Assembly (NCBI GenBank): GCA_913031205.1
Contig: CAJWEM010000001.1
Location: 32,723 to 96,722, forward strand
Direction of reading: 5' to 3'
DNA: 64,000 nucleotides
Source: an uncultured Gammaproteobacteria bacterium
GTDB lineage: Bacteria; Pseudomonadota; Gammaproteobacteria; Poriferisulfidales; GCA-002705445
Under the pieces are notes generated by a model. It searched no databases, had not been told where the DNA came from, and worked only from the letters and a program-made list of their open reading frames with translations. Below are positions 1 through 10,424 of this stretch, piece after piece; within the stretch, counting starts at the first letter, position 1; every line of letters begins with the position of its first letter. The translations under genes were made by a program, and so were the position numbers.

Positions 1-494
1 GTTACGCAAATTTTATTTCCGTGCATGTAATATCCCATAAATCCTGAATCTACATTCACTTGTTGTATTCTTCTGATTTGTACATTCTCACCTAGCTTAC
101 TGATTACCTCCAATCGGATTTCTTCTATTGTTTTACCATTGGCTTGCTTTACCTGGTGAAAATCTTGCAAATTTCCGTTAAATGAATCTAATGATGATTT
201 TGATATTAATTCTGCGAAATCTAAAAAGTTATTGTCTTTTGCAACAAAATCCGTTTCACAATTTATCTCCACCAAATTAAACTTTTCATTGTTTTTTGCT
301 ACAAATTTAATTATACCTTCTGCTGCCACTCTGGAAGATTTTTTGTCTGCTTTGGCTTGGCCCGCTTTTCTCATTGCGTCTACCGCCTTATCCATGTCAC
401 CTTTTGCTTCTGTGAGAGCTTTTTTACACTCCATCATTCCAGCGCCAGTTCTGTCTCTAAGCTGTTTTACCATTTGTGCTGTAATATTACTCAT
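1..494 (-). CDS. tsf: elongation factor Ts, N-terminal part (continues past window start)
   Basis: Minus-strand translation from ATG at 494-492 reads MSNITAQMVKQLRDRTGAGMMECKKALTEAKGDMDKAVDAMRKAGQAKADKK..., the conserved EF-Ts N-terminus. It sits directly downstream of rpsB. It is absent from the ORF track only because it is truncated by the window edge. Confidence 0.85.
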   Translation of the reverse strand, partial: MSNITAQMVKQLRDRTGAGMMECKKALTEAKGDMDKAVDAMRKAGQAKADKKSSRVAAEGIIKFVAKNNEKFNLVEINCETDFVAKDNNFLDFAELISKSSLDSFNGNLQDFHQVKQANGKTIEEIRLEVISKLGENVQIRRIQQVNVDSGFMGYYMHGNKICV

Positions 495-495
495 A

Positions 496-1437
496 CTATT
501 TCTCGTCTTTTTTGGTTGTTGCTTTTTTGGTTGTTGCTTTTTTGGTTGTTGCTTTTTTGGTTGTTGCTTTCTGTGCAGCTGAGCCAGATGATACAGGCTC
601 AGAACTTAATTTTACCTTTTCATCTAAATCATTAGATTTTTCTTGCGATACTTTTTTCGTGGTCTTTTTCTTTTTCACGATAACTTTTTCGTCTGAAGCA
701 TTTTTTGCAGATGCTTCTTTTAACTCATCTTCAGTTACAACTGGTTTCTGAGTTTTCAAGAACTCTTGTCCTTTTGATATTGCATTTGAAATTTGTTTGC
801 AATATAAGTCTATTGCTCTCATAGAATCATCATTGCCTGGGAAAAAGTAATCAATATTTTCAAAGGAATTATTGGTATCGACAACGGCAATAATTGGTAT
901 ATTTAATTTTATTGCCTCTTTCACAGCAATATCTTCATAACCTACATCGATAACGAATAGTGCATCTGGGATTGTCTTCATCTCTTTTATGCCGCCCAAA
1001 CTATTATTTAATTTTTCAATTTCTCGCGACTGAAGTAATTGCTCTTTTTTCGTAAGCTCTTGATTTTCCTTAAAAGACTCCTCCTCTAACGCTTTTAATC
1101 TTTTTATCGATTGTCTAACTGTGTTAAAGTTAGTTAACATTCCTCCAAGCCACCTGTGATTAACATAAGGCATATTACAGTTATTGGCAGATGAAGAAAC
1201 ACTATCTCTAGCCGCTCTTTTTGTGCCAACAAATAAAATTTTTCCGCCCTCAGACGCTATCTTTTCAGCAAAGGAACATGCGTCCTTCATTAAAGGTACT
1301 GTCTTCTGAATATCAATTATATGAATATGGTTTCTGTTACCATATATGTACGGTGCCATTTTTGGGTTCCAATAACTGGTCTGATGCCCAAAATGGACCC
1401 CTGCTTCAAGCAAAGCTGCAATGCTAATATCTGACAT
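496..1437 (-). CDS. rpsB: 30S ribosomal protein S2 with a lysine/threonine-rich C-terminal extension (313 aa)
   Basis: N-terminus MSDISIAALLEAGVHFGHQTSYWNPKMAPYIYG is a canonical S2 signature. The C-terminal ~70 aa are low complexity, with (KKATT)x4. Confidence 0.95.
   Translation of the reverse strand: MSDISIAALLEAGVHFGHQTSYWNPKMAPYIYGNRNHIHIIDIQKTVPLMKDACSFAEKIASEGGKILFVGTKRAARDSVSSSANNCNMPYVNHRWLGGMLTNFNTVRQSIKRLKALEEESFKENQELTKKEQLLQSREIEKLNNSLGGIKEMKTIPDALFVIDVGYEDIAVKEAIKLNIPIIAVVDTNNSFENIDYFFPGNDDSMRAIDLYCKQISNAISKGQEFLKTQKPVVTEDELKEASAKNASDEKVIVKKKKTTKKVSQEKSNDLDEKVKLSSEPVSSGSAAQKATTKKATTKKATTKKATTKKDEK
507..571. repeat. Perfect 15-bp tandem repeat cttttttggttgttg x4 plus a partial copy, in-frame inside the rpsB 3' end (encodes KKATT x4)
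   Basis: Directly visible at 507-566 with a partial fifth unit to about 571. Confidence 0.9.
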
Positions 1438-1619
1438 ATTTTCACCTAGGGTTAATTATCACCTAAAAGAAGTTGTTAAGCTTATAAATAAAGCACCCCA
1501 AAACAACTTGCTAGAATTTAGGCTAGTTTTAGTATCTCGTAGCGATAGCTTTATAACATAGACTTCGTCCAAGAACAATCGTTATAATAAAGCAAATTTT
1601 ATTAAAAAATCAGAATTGT

Positions 1620-2378
1620 ATGATAAAAAATTCAAAAGAAATAGAAAAAATGAGGCTTGCCGGCAGTTTGGCCTCGAAAGTCCTTGTTATGATCGAGGAA
1701 TATGTAAAGCCAGGAGTGACTACACAGCAGCTAAACGATATTTGCCATGAATATATTGTCAATGAGCTTGCTTGTGTTCCAGCTCCTTTAAATTACAGAG
1801 GTTTCCCGAAATCAATTTGCACCTCTATAAATCATCAAGTTTGTCACGGTATTCCAAACGAGAGAGTATTGAAAAAAAAGGATATTGTTAATATCGATGT
1901 AACTGTTATCAAAGATGGATATCATGGTGACACAAGCAAGATGTTTTTTGTTGGTGAACCATCAATTCAAGCAAAAAGATTGGTTGATTTAACTTATGAA
2001 GCTTTAAAAATAGGAATTAATACTGTAAAACCCGGAGCAACTGTTGGTGATATCGGAAATAACATTCAAGAATTTGCTGAGAGAAATCATTTTTCTGTTG
2101 TAAGAGAATACTGTGGGCATGGAATAGGAAAAGATTTTCACGAGGAGCCTCAAATTCTTCACTATGGAAATAAAGGCGAAGGAATTGAATTAAAAGAAGG
2201 CATGACTTTCACAATCGAACCAATGATTAACTTTGGCAAAAGAGAAGTTAAGCTCTTACCAGATAAATGGACAGTGGTAACTAAAGACCACAGTCTGTCT
2301 GCGCAATGGGAACACACCATTCTTGTAACAAAGAAAGGCTATGAGGTTCTAACAATTAGACCTGGTGAAAAGATATAA
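1620..2378 (+). CDS. map: methionine aminopeptidase type I
   Basis: 252 aa with M24 motifs (HGIPN, DIVNIDVT, EYCGHGIG, EPMIN). Divergent from rpsB as in E. coli. Confidence 0.93.
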   Translation: MIKNSKEIEKMRLAGSLASKVLVMIEEYVKPGVTTQQLNDICHEYIVNELACVPAPLNYRGFPKSICTSINHQVCHGIPNERVLKKKDIVNIDVTVIKDGYHGDTSKMFFVGEPSIQAKRLVDLTYEALKIGINTVKPGATVGDIGNNIQEFAERNHFSVVREYCGHGIGKDFHEEPQILHYGNKGEGIELKEGMTFTIEPMINFGKREVKLLPDKWTVVTKDHSLSAQWEHTILVTKKGYEVLTIRPGEKI

Positions 2379-2380
2379 AC

Positions 2381-4969
2381 ATGAAAGACAACTTATTAAG
2401 AAATTTTTCTTTCCAGCATAATAAAAGAAATGTTATTAACGATTTTATTTATAATGAATTTAAAAATAATAAAAACATAAAATCGCTTGTAAAAAATAAA
2501 TCAAATATAATCGATAAACTTATCAAAAAAGCTTGGAAAAATAATAATCTAAATGGAGAAAATATTTGCCTTGTTGCTGTTGGGGGTTACGGAAGAGCAG
2601 AATTATTCCCATTTTCTGATATTGATATACTTATTTTAGTCAAAGATTATGAAGATACTAATACTCTAAAAAACATCGAAAAATTTATTGCCGATATATG
2701 GCACTTTAAAACTCTTGTAGGTCATGCAGTAAGAACAATACAAGAATGTTCAAGAGCAATGAATTCAGATATAACAATATATACTGGATTACTTGAAAGT
2801 AGATGTGTTTGTGGAAGTAGAAAAATGTACAAAGAGTTATCACGGATAATATATAAAGATTCAAGTTGGTCAAATGAAAACTTTCTTAAAGCTAAAAAAG
2901 TTGAACAAGAGCAAAGATACTGGAAATATTCAAATACTGGGTATCTTCTAGAGCCAGATATTAAAGAGGGCCCAGGTGGCTTTAGAGATTTCCAAACTCT
3001 CATGTGGATTACAAAGAAGTATTTCAAAACAAATTCTTTAAATGACTTATATAAATTGAAAATTATTTCAAAGGAAGAACGTTTATTATTATTAAGATCA
3101 TACAGATTTTTATCAAAAGCTCGTTTCTTTCTTCATTTCATTAATGATAAGCCAGAGGAAAGACTTTTTTTTTCAAATCAAAAGAAACTTGCAGAATTTT
3201 TTGGTTACTCATGTGAAACAAATAAAGGTGTAGAAAGATTCATGCAAGAATTTTATAAGCAGATCACTTTGATAAGGCAACTAAATGAAATACTAATAAA
3301 ACATATAGAGGATATAGATAATAAAAATTATTTAAAAAGTGATTTTTCAAAAATTAAGGAAGAATTTATTATTAAAAATAATAACATTTATGTAAAAAAC
3401 AAAGAGTTTTTTATAAATGATCCAACAAAAATTTTTGAAATTTTTCTCTTAAAAGATAAAAAAGGTGATAACTATGAAATTTCAGCCGATACAATTAGAC
3501 ATATTCGAGAAAGCTTGTACCTGATCGATAATAATTTTAGAAATAAGAAGAAAAATAGGGAAATATTTATCAGCATATTTTACCAAAAAACTGGAGTAAC
3601 AAGATGTTTAAGAAAAATGAATGATTATGGTGTTCTTGCTGCATATCTTAAGCCGTTCTCAAAAGTTGTTGGTATGATGCAATTTGATTTATTTCATATT
3701 TACACTGTCGATGAACATACTTTATCCGTGTTATCAAATGTAAGATACATGAGTTCAGATCATTGCATGGATAAGCGCCCTTTTGTTTTTGAAATTTTTA
3801 AAAAAGTTCCATCTCCAGAAATATTGTATTTAGGCGCATTATTTCATGACATAGGTAAAGGGAAAAATAAGGACCATTCAAAAGTTGGGTCGACAGAATC
3901 TCTAAAGTTTTGTGAGAAACATGGAATGAGTAAATATCAAGCCCAAATGGTTAGTTGGCTTGTTGAAAATCATTTAATAATGTCATTAACAATTCAGAAA
4001 AAAGATATTAGTGATTTAGATGTTATAAAAGATTTCGCAAGCATTGTAAAAACACAAGAAAGACTCGATTACCTGTACCTATTAACAATCGCAGATATTA
4101 GGGGAACGAACCCTGAATTGTACACTGATTGGAAAGATTCTTTGTTAAAGGAACTTTATTTAGCTTGTAAGGCATATTTTAGAAGAAATATTTTTGAAGT
4201 TAAAAAGCCTGATAGATATATGAGAAATTTAAAAAGCTCCGTTCAAAAATTTTTATCGAAAAAAGTTAACAAAAAAGATTTTGACAATATATGGTCTTTT
4301 TTAAACACAGATTATCTCAGGAGACACAATGACGATGAAGTTGCATGGCATATTGAGCTTATTAATAGATCTTCGCCAAAAAATGCTGTATCTATTAGGG
4401 AAAGTGAATTTAAAGGATGTACAGAATTATCTATTTATCAAAATAAAAGGAAGAACATTTTTACTTATATTGCAAATATTATTAATAATTTAAATATAAA
4501 TATTGTTGATGCTAGAGTAATAACTCTTAAAGACAACCAAGCCATTGATACTTATTTACTTCTTGATAAAAATGGAAGTTTCATTAAGGACAAACATACT
4601 TTAAAATTTTTAGAAGAAAAGATTGAGGATCTAATTAATAAAGAAGAATATCAAATGAAAAAAATTACCAAAAGGCCTACTGAAAATATCTCTAGTTTTA
4701 AAAAATTTGTAAATATTAGTATATCAAAAAAAATGACTGATCTTCTTATTGAAATTAGCACATTAGATCATCCAGGACTTTTATCAAAAATATGTGAATC
4801 ATTTGATAGTTGCGATTTAATGGTAAAAGATGCGAAAATATCAACTCTGGGTGAGGAGGCTAATGACATATTCGTAGTTTTCCCATTTGAAAAGAATAAA
4901 GATTTTTCTTCAAAAAATATTGATGAATTAAAAAGTAAAATAAAATTGAAAATATCTGAACTATATTAA
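2381..4969 (+). CDS. glnD: [protein-PII] uridylyltransferase/uridylyl-removing enzyme
   Basis: 862 aa. Has a nucleotidyltransferase motif [19 protein letters not shown], an HD domain (HDIGKG) and C-terminal ACT-like regions. Follows map as in enterics. Confidence 0.9.
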   Translation: MKDNLLRNFSFQHNKRNVINDFIYNEFKNNKNIKSLVKNKSNIIDKLIKKAWKNNNLNGENICLVAVGGYGRAELFPFSDIDILILVKDYEDTNTLKNIEKFIADIWHFKTLVGHAVRTIQECSRAMNSDITIYTGLLESRCVCGSRKMYKELSRIIYKDSSWSNENFLKAKKVEQEQRYWKYSNTGYLLEPDIKEGPGGFRDFQTLMWITKKYFKTNSLNDLYKLKIISKEERLLLLRSYRFLSKARFFLHFINDKPEERLFFSNQKKLAEFFGYSCETNKGVERFMQEFYKQITLIRQLNEILIKHIEDIDNKNYLKSDFSKIKEEFIIKNNNIYVKNKEFFINDPTKIFEIFLLKDKKGDNYEISADTIRHIRESLYLIDNNFRNKKKNREIFISIFYQKTGVTRCLRKMNDYGVLAAYLKPFSKVVGMMQFDLFHIYTVDEHTLSVLSNVRYMSSDHCMDKRPFVFEIFKKVPSPEILYLGALFHDIGKGKNKDHSKVGSTESLKFCEKHGMSKYQAQMVSWLVENHLIMSLTIQKKDISDLDVIKDFASIVKTQERLDYLYLLTIADIRGTNPELYTDWKDSLLKELYLACKAYFRRNIFEVKKPDRYMRNLKSSVQKFLSKKVNKKDFDNIWSFLNTDYLRRHNDDEVAWHIELINRSSPKNAVSIRESEFKGCTELSIYQNKRKNIFTYIANIINNLNINIVDARVITLKDNQAIDTYLLLDKNGSFIKDKHTLKFLEEKIEDLINKEEYQMKKITKRPTENISSFKKFVNISISKKMTDLLIEISTLDHPGLLSKICESFDSCDLMVKDAKISTLGEEANDIFVVFPFEKNKDFSSKNIDELKSKIKLKISELY

Positions 4970-4986
4970 TAAACCAAAGAGGTCTT

Positions 4987-5805
4987 ATGACAAAAAAAAT
5001 TATCGAAGATGGTTATGAAGATTTAAATAATTCTAAAGACATATCAGAGAATGAGAAATTGATTAATGCAGTCAAAGAAACTATTGCTGATCTTGATAAA
5101 GGTAAAATTAGGGTCGCTGAAAAAGGACAAAATGGCTGGGTTGTCAATGATTGGATTAAAAAAGCTATTTTATTATATTTTTCATTAACAGATAATACAA
5201 AAATTGAGGGTGGGATTTCAGATTTTTACGATAAAGTTCCTCTAAAGTATAATAACCTTTCAGAAGAGCAAGCTCGTGCAAATAAGGTCAGGATTGTGCC
5301 TAGGGCAACTGCAAGATTTGGCTCATATCAAGCTCCAGGAGTAATTTTAATGCCCTCTTATGTCAATATTGGTGCATATGTTGATGAGTATACTATGGTA
5401 GATACTTGGGCTACAGTTGGTTCATGCGCTCAAATAGGAAAACATGTACATTTGTCTGGAGGAGTTGGGATAGGAGGTGTCTTAGAGCCTCTACAGGCAA
5501 CTCCAACAATAATTGAAGATAATTGTTTTATCGGGGCTCGATCAGAAATCGTTGAAGGCGTTATTGTTGAGAAAGGATCTGTAATATCCATGGGGGTTTA
5601 TATTGGCAAAAGCACAAGGATATTTGATCGTACAACAGGCGAAGTTTCTTATGGGGTAGTGCCAGCTGGATCCGTCGTAGTGTCTGGAAACTTGCCATCT
5701 AAAGATGGAAAATACAGTATGTATGCGGCAATCATCGTAAAAAAAGTTGATGAAAAAACTCTTTCAAAAGTTGGCATAAACAATATATTGAGGGATTTAG
5801 ATTAA
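4987..5805 (+). CDS. dapD: 2,3,4,5-tetrahydropyridine-2,6-dicarboxylate N-succinyltransferase
   Basis: 272 aa with hexapeptide-repeat left-handed beta-helix sequence ([38 protein letters not shown]). In the conserved map-glnD-dapD context. Confidence 0.9.
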   Translation: MTKKIIEDGYEDLNNSKDISENEKLINAVKETIADLDKGKIRVAEKGQNGWVVNDWIKKAILLYFSLTDNTKIEGGISDFYDKVPLKYNNLSEEQARANKVRIVPRATARFGSYQAPGVILMPSYVNIGAYVDEYTMVDTWATVGSCAQIGKHVHLSGGVGIGGVLEPLQATPTIIEDNCFIGARSEIVEGVIVEKGSVISMGVYIGKSTRIFDRTTGEVSYGVVPAGSVVVSGNLPSKDGKYSMYAAIIVKKVDEKTLSKVGINNILRDLD

Positions 5806-6942
5806 ATGAATGAAAAAGCTAAAGTTATTGATATTGCTTCTCAATTAATTCAAAAAAAATCTGTGACGCCAGATGATGATGGCTGTCAAGAATATATTAA
5901 AGAAGAGTTAGAAGATTTTAATTTTGAATGTGTAAATTTAAATTTAGAAAATGTTTCTAATCTTTGGTTAAAACGAGGAGATAAAAAACCCCTAATTGTT
6001 TTTGCTGGACACACTGACGTTGTTCCCCCAGGAAATCTTGAAGAGTGGAAAACAAATCCGTTCGAGCCAGTAATTAAAGATAACATCCTTTACGGTAGAG
6101 GTGCATCAGATATGAAGTCGAGTATTGCAGCAATGGTTTCTGCCACACAAAAGTTTATTGTGGAGAACCCAAAACATAATGGCTCTATTGGATTCTTGTT
6201 GACAAGCGATGAAGAAGGTCCTGCAAAATATGGTACAAAAAAAGTTATAGAAAAATTCAAAGAAGAACAAATGTCTATCGATTATTGTATTGTTGGTGAA
6301 CCAACTAGCAATAAAATATTTGGCGATACTATAAAAAATGGTCGTAGGGGCTCGATTACAGGAAATTTAAAGATATTTGGTGTTCAAGGTCATATAGCAT
6401 ATCCAGAACTTGCAAAGAACCCAATACATTTGGCAGGAAAATTAATTGATATTTTAAATACATTCAAATGGGATGAAGGAAATAAATATTTTCCTCCAAC
6501 TTCCTTTCAAATATCCTCAATTTCTTCAGATAAAGTAGCATCAAATATGATACCAAGTTGGACAAATTTAGTTTTTAATTTAAGATTTTCTAATGAATTA
6601 ACTCAGCATTCAATAAAGGATATTTTTGAAAAAATTCTTACTAAAAATAACCTTAATTACTCAATTGAGTGGAATTGCTCTGCCGAACCTTTTATTACCA
6701 AAGAAGGTGATCTTACAAAAGTATTGCAAAAGGTTATTGAAAATAAAATAAAAGTTAAAGCGAATTTATCAACTACCGGTGGGACATCTGATGCCAGATT
6801 TATATCAACTCATGCTAATGAAACAATAGAGTTTGGTCCGTTGAACAGCTCTGCCCATAAAATTAACGAGAATATTAAAATAGATGACTTAATTAAGTTA
6901 GAAGATATCTATTACGGCGTTCTTTGCGAACTACTTCTGTAA
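5806..6942 (+). CDS. dapE: succinyl-diaminopimelate desuccinylase (M20 peptidase)
   Basis: 378 aa with motifs AGHTDVVPPG and GRGASDMKSS. Start codon abuts the dapD stop. Confidence 0.9.
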   Translation: MNEKAKVIDIASQLIQKKSVTPDDDGCQEYIKEELEDFNFECVNLNLENVSNLWLKRGDKKPLIVFAGHTDVVPPGNLEEWKTNPFEPVIKDNILYGRGASDMKSSIAAMVSATQKFIVENPKHNGSIGFLLTSDEEGPAKYGTKKVIEKFKEEQMSIDYCIVGEPTSNKIFGDTIKNGRRGSITGNLKIFGVQGHIAYPELAKNPIHLAGKLIDILNTFKWDEGNKYFPPTSFQISSISSDKVASNMIPSWTNLVFNLRFSNELTQHSIKDIFEKILTKNNLNYSIEWNCSAEPFITKEGDLTKVLQKVIENKIKVKANLSTTGGTSDARFISTHANETIEFGPLNSSAHKINENIKIDDLIKLEDIYYGVLCELLL

Positions 6943-7707
6943 ATCTGTATTGCAATTCGAGCAAAATTCTTTCCAATGTTCTTTATCAGAGCTTTTCATG
7001 TGTTCAAATATTTCATCTAAAAGTTCATCATATTTTTTTTGAGAAACTGAACTCGTTATCAAAAGATATCTTAAATAAATAAAATACGTATTTATTACAT
7101 CGGTCTCACAATAATTTCTAATTTCTTCTATATTGCCATTTAAAAAATATTCAGTGACTTTGCTACCATCAATTCCAAACTTTCCAGCGGCTCCTATAAG
7201 TTGCGCAATATCAGTCAGGGGGGCGCCCTTGTTGTAACCTGATAGAATTGGCATTAAATCCAAATGCCTGTCATGATATCTGTTATGATAATTATTCCAT
7301 TTAAAATCTTTATCATCCTCGCCTTTATCCCAGTATTTTAATGAGGATACTTTGTTAAAAAGAGCTCGATAATGAATTACTGGTGCGTCAAAGCCTTTCC
7401 CATTCCAACTGACTAGTTGTGGTTGATACCTGTCTATACCATCAAAAAATTGTTTCAAAATTTCTTTCTCAGAGCTATTTTTGTCGCCAAGAGTTAGAAG
7501 AGATAGTTTCTGATCAGTTTTATGTAGAACTGATATTGCGACAATTTTATGCAAATGTAACGGTTGAAACATTGATCCTGATTTCTGAAATTGGCTATGC
7601 TCCATTGCTTTAATTATTTCCTTGTCATTTAAATTTTTTAGATTTAAAACTTTTGCGCCGGCTTCAGTATCAGGTACTGTTTCGATGTCAAATACCAGAA
7701 TATTCAT
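6931..7707 (-). CDS. predicted DnaQ-like 3'-5' exonuclease (RNase H fold, PolB-exonuclease-related family)
   Basis: 258 aa. The N-terminal MNILVFDIETVPD is an Exo I DxE motif. Size and pattern match the stand-alone COG3298-type exonucleases. The 3' end overlaps dapE by 12 bp, convergent. Confidence 0.5.
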   Translation of the reverse strand: MNILVFDIETVPDTEAGAKVLNLKNLNDKEIIKAMEHSQFQKSGSMFQPLHLHKIVAISVLHKTDQKLSLLTLGDKNSSEKEILKQFFDGIDRYQPQLVSWNGKGFDAPVIHYRALFNKVSSLKYWDKGEDDKDFKWNNYHNRYHDRHLDLMPILSGYNKGAPLTDIAQLIGAAGKFGIDGSKVTEYFLNGNIEEIRNYCETDVINTYFIYLRYLLITSSVSQKKYDELLDEIFEHMKSSDKEHWKEFCSNCNTDLQK

Positions 7708-8591
7708 TTGTTAAATATTCCTGTTGAAATATATCTATCGCCACGATCACATATTATTGAAACTATCAGGGCATTTTTTGTTTTCTTTGCAACTTCTAAT
7801 GCAACATATGTTGTGCCGCCGGATGATGGTCCAGAAAATATTCCCTCTTTTTCAGCAAGATCTCGAGCGGTATTTTCTGCTTGCTCTTGTGAAATATAAA
7901 TAATCTCATCAATATTTTCATCGCTATAAATTTTTGGTATATATTCTTTTGGCCACTTTCTTATTCCAGGAATCGAGCTCTTCTCATCTGGCTGGACGCC
8001 AATTATAACTATATTTGGATTCATTGATTTTAAATATTTTGATGTGCCAACGATTGTTCCTGTCGTACCCATAGATGCGATAAAGTGAGTAACCTTACCT
8101 TCAGTATCTCTCCATATTTCAGGGCCAGTGGAATTGAAATGAGCGTTTACATTATCAAGGTTTGAAAACTGGTTAAGAACTAATCCTCTTTTTTCTTTCT
8201 CCATTTTAAGCGCTAGATCTCGAGCGCCCTCCATACCATCAGCTTCTGAGACAAGTATAATTTCTGCTCCGTAAGCTATCATTGAAGCACGTCTCTCCAG
8301 ACTCATATTGTCAGGCATTATTAATATTAATTTATAACCTTTGATCGCACATACCATTGCTAAAGCAATTCCAGTATTACCACTTGTAGCTTCAATAATA
8401 GTATCCCCAGGTTTAATTTTTCCTTTTTTTTCTGCGCCCTCAATCATATTCATCGCAGCTCTATCTTTAACTGAACCAGCAGGGTTATCACCTTCAAGTT
8501 TCACGAGAATTTGATTTTCAGTTTTATTAAGTCGTTGAATTCTAACGAGAGGTGTATTTCCAATTAAAGAGTTTATTGTCTTATATTTCAT
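7704..8591 (-). CDS. cysM: cysteine synthase (O-acetylserine sulfhydrylase), PLP-dependent
   Basis: 295 aa with PLP-lysine motif SVKDRAA, plus TSGNTGIALA and a glycine-rich loop GTTGT. Whether it is CysK or CysM is uncertain; the size favours CysM-like. Confidence 0.8.
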   Translation of the reverse strand: MKYKTINSLIGNTPLVRIQRLNKTENQILVKLEGDNPAGSVKDRAAMNMIEGAEKKGKIKPGDTIIEATSGNTGIALAMVCAIKGYKLILIMPDNMSLERRASMIAYGAEIILVSEADGMEGARDLALKMEKEKRGLVLNQFSNLDNVNAHFNSTGPEIWRDTEGKVTHFIASMGTTGTIVGTSKYLKSMNPNIVIIGVQPDEKSSIPGIRKWPKEYIPKIYSDENIDEIIYISQEQAENTARDLAEKEGIFSGPSSGGTTYVALEVAKKTKNALIVSIICDRGDRYISTGIFNK

Positions 8592-8593
8592 AA

Positions 8594-8971
8594 TTATTCT
8601 GAAATTATCAATGCGTTCGCGACTGCGTATTTTTTTTCATCTGATAATGAAATATGAATTTCTTTTTTTTCAGTCATATTGAGTTTCTTTATATTATTTA
8701 TATTTACAAATGGTTTTCCATTAAGGTCATTTTTAATCTCTATATTTTTAAGAATTGATCCATTCTTTATACCAACTCCAAGAGCCTTGCCTACAGCTTC
8801 TTTTGCAGCAAATCTTTTTGCCAAAAAAGAAATCTTATTTTTATTTTTATAAAAGTTTCTAAGCTCACTATTGCTTAGAATTTTCCTAGCAAATCTTTCT
8901 CCATATCTCGAGTATGTTTCTTTTATTCTCTGAATCTCAACAATATCTATTCCGACGCCAAAAATATTCAT
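8594..8971 (-). CDS. acpS: holo-[acyl-carrier-protein] synthase
   Basis: 125 aa, N-terminus IFGVGIDIVEIQRI. Conserved pdxJ-acpS arrangement. Confidence 0.85.
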   Translation of the reverse strand: MNIFGVGIDIVEIQRIKETYSRYGERFARKILSNSELRNFYKNKNKISFLAKRFAAKEAVGKALGVGIKNGSILKNIEIKNDLNGKPFVNINNIKKLNMTEKKEIHISLSDEKKYAVANALIISE

Positions 8972-9688
8972 TTACGCATTCTCAATCAAATTTTTCATTT
9001 TCTTTATGGCCTCTGATAATCCTAAAAATATTGATTCAGCAATTATAGAATGGCCGATGTTTAATTCATTTAGGCTGCCAATTCTAGCAATTTCTTGCAC
9101 ATTAGTATAATCAAGTCCATGCCCTGCATTAGCAACCAATGAAATCTCCTTTGCATAATCAGCTGCGGAAGTGATCTCATTTAAAAAATGATTTTTTTTA
9201 TCACCAGAAGCCTCAGCATAGCTTCCAGTATGCAATTCTACAGCGCTAACTCCGAGTTCTTTCGCAAGATCTATAGTTTCGATATCAGGCTCAATAAATA
9301 AAGAAATTTTCGCTTTCGATTTTTTTAAATTCGAAATTGAGGTCTTTAATTTATCAAAATTTCTACTAACATTTAAGCCTCCCTCTGTAGTAAGCTCTTG
9401 TCTTTTTTCTGGAACAATACAAATGAAATCTGGCTGTACTTGATTTGCAATTTCACACATTTCATCGGTCGCAGCCATCTCAAGATTTAATTTTGTATTT
9501 ATATTTTTCTTTGCTATTTTTATATCCTCAAATTGAATATGTCTTCTATCTTCTCTAAGGTGCATTGTAATACTGTCAGCACCACTGCTCTCTGAAATCT
9601 TAATTGCTGTCAGCATGTCAGGATAAGGGGTATATCTTTGCTGTCTTATAGTCGCTACATGATCTAAATTTACACCAAGCTTTATCAT
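8972..9688 (-). CDS. pdxJ: pyridoxine 5'-phosphate synthase
   Basis: 238 aa with LGVNLDHVATIRQQR and a TIM-barrel PdxJ signature. Confidence 0.9.
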   Translation of the reverse strand: MIKLGVNLDHVATIRQQRYTPYPDMLTAIKISESSGADSITMHLREDRRHIQFEDIKIAKKNINTKLNLEMAATDEMCEIANQVQPDFICIVPEKRQELTTEGGLNVSRNFDKLKTSISNLKKSKAKISLFIEPDIETIDLAKELGVSAVELHTGSYAEASGDKKNHFLNEITSAADYAKEISLVANAGHGLDYTNVQEIARIGSLNELNIGHSIIAESIFLGLSEAIKKMKNLIENA

Positions 9689-9695
9689 AATTTAC

Positions 9696-10424
9696 CTAAT
9701 AATCGAATTTAGTGAATTGTAATATTTCTCTTGTCTTAATTTTTTTTGGACGTATATAATAATCTATTAATCTTTTCATTAATAGTCTTGATTCCCTTAA
9801 AGTTTTCTTGTTATATGAAAATTTTCCAGATAAGGCCAAAAATGTTTCACCAGAATAACACTCATTTTCATTTGAATTAATCTTTGGTCCTTGTTCTGGA
9901 ATATAGAGATATTTTAAATTTTTATCTATTTCTTTACCATTTATATCTGATTCAAAATTTAAATAGTTACCAGCTAAGCTTAAAAGTCCTATTTCATAAT
10001 TATTTAAGGTAATCAAAAAATGCTTGGACACTTGAAGCTCATTTAGTGATAAAAAATAATGCTCATAAAGTTTTTCAATTTGATAATCATTTTTTATTAA
10101 ATAGTACATTAATTCATTAAAGTACATTCCAATTACATAATATTTTTTGTCTAATATATTTTCTGAGTTTATTTCAAAGCTCCGCAAAAACTTAACATCT
10201 CCTTTGCCAGACCAGCTTACTTTATATGATGTAAACAATTCTAACTGAAAGTTTTTTTTGTTTGTTTTGATACCTTTGTGTATTAATGTAATCTTTCCAT
10301 AATCTTTGGCTATTGCATCATAAAGATTGCTTGATTCTCTATATGCTGATATTTTAATAATATATATTTCAGAATTATTCATTATTAGTCGTATGAGTTT
10401 AGAAAATACTCGGATTCTTTCCAT
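9696..10424 (-). CDS. recO: DNA repair protein RecO (divergent)
   Basis: 242 aa in the conserved era-recO-pdxJ-acpS position. The N-terminal OB-fold-like segment is present. Sequence is divergent and lacks the zinc motif, so confidence is mostly synteny-based. Confidence 0.6.
   Translation of the reverse strand: MERIRVFSKLIRLIMNNSEIYIIKISAYRESSNLYDAIAKDYGKITLIHKGIKTNKKNFQLELFTSYKVSWSGKGDVKFLRSFEINSENILDKKYYVIGMYFNELMYYLIKNDYQIEKLYEHYFLSLNELQVSKHFLITLNNYEIGLLSLAGNYLNFESDINGKEIDKNLKYLYIPEQGPKINSNENECYSGETFLALSGKFSYNKKTLRESRLLMKRLIDYYIRPKKIKTREILQFTKFDY

Noticed and set aside
232-751. Three overlapping plus-strand ORFs (116, 92, 79 aa) with repetitive FGCCFFGCC / WLLLFWLLL / LVVAFLVVAF translations
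   Set aside because: They lie antisense to tsf and the rpsB 3' end. The repetitive peptides are simply alternative-frame readings of the 15-bp rpsB tandem repeat. The minus-strand genes have strong homology.
2722-3027. 101-aa minus-strand ORF inside glnD, and similar antisense ORFs inside pheT, thrS, trpE, nrdB, dsrL and dsrO
   Set aside because: All are antisense to well-supported genes and lack homology signals.
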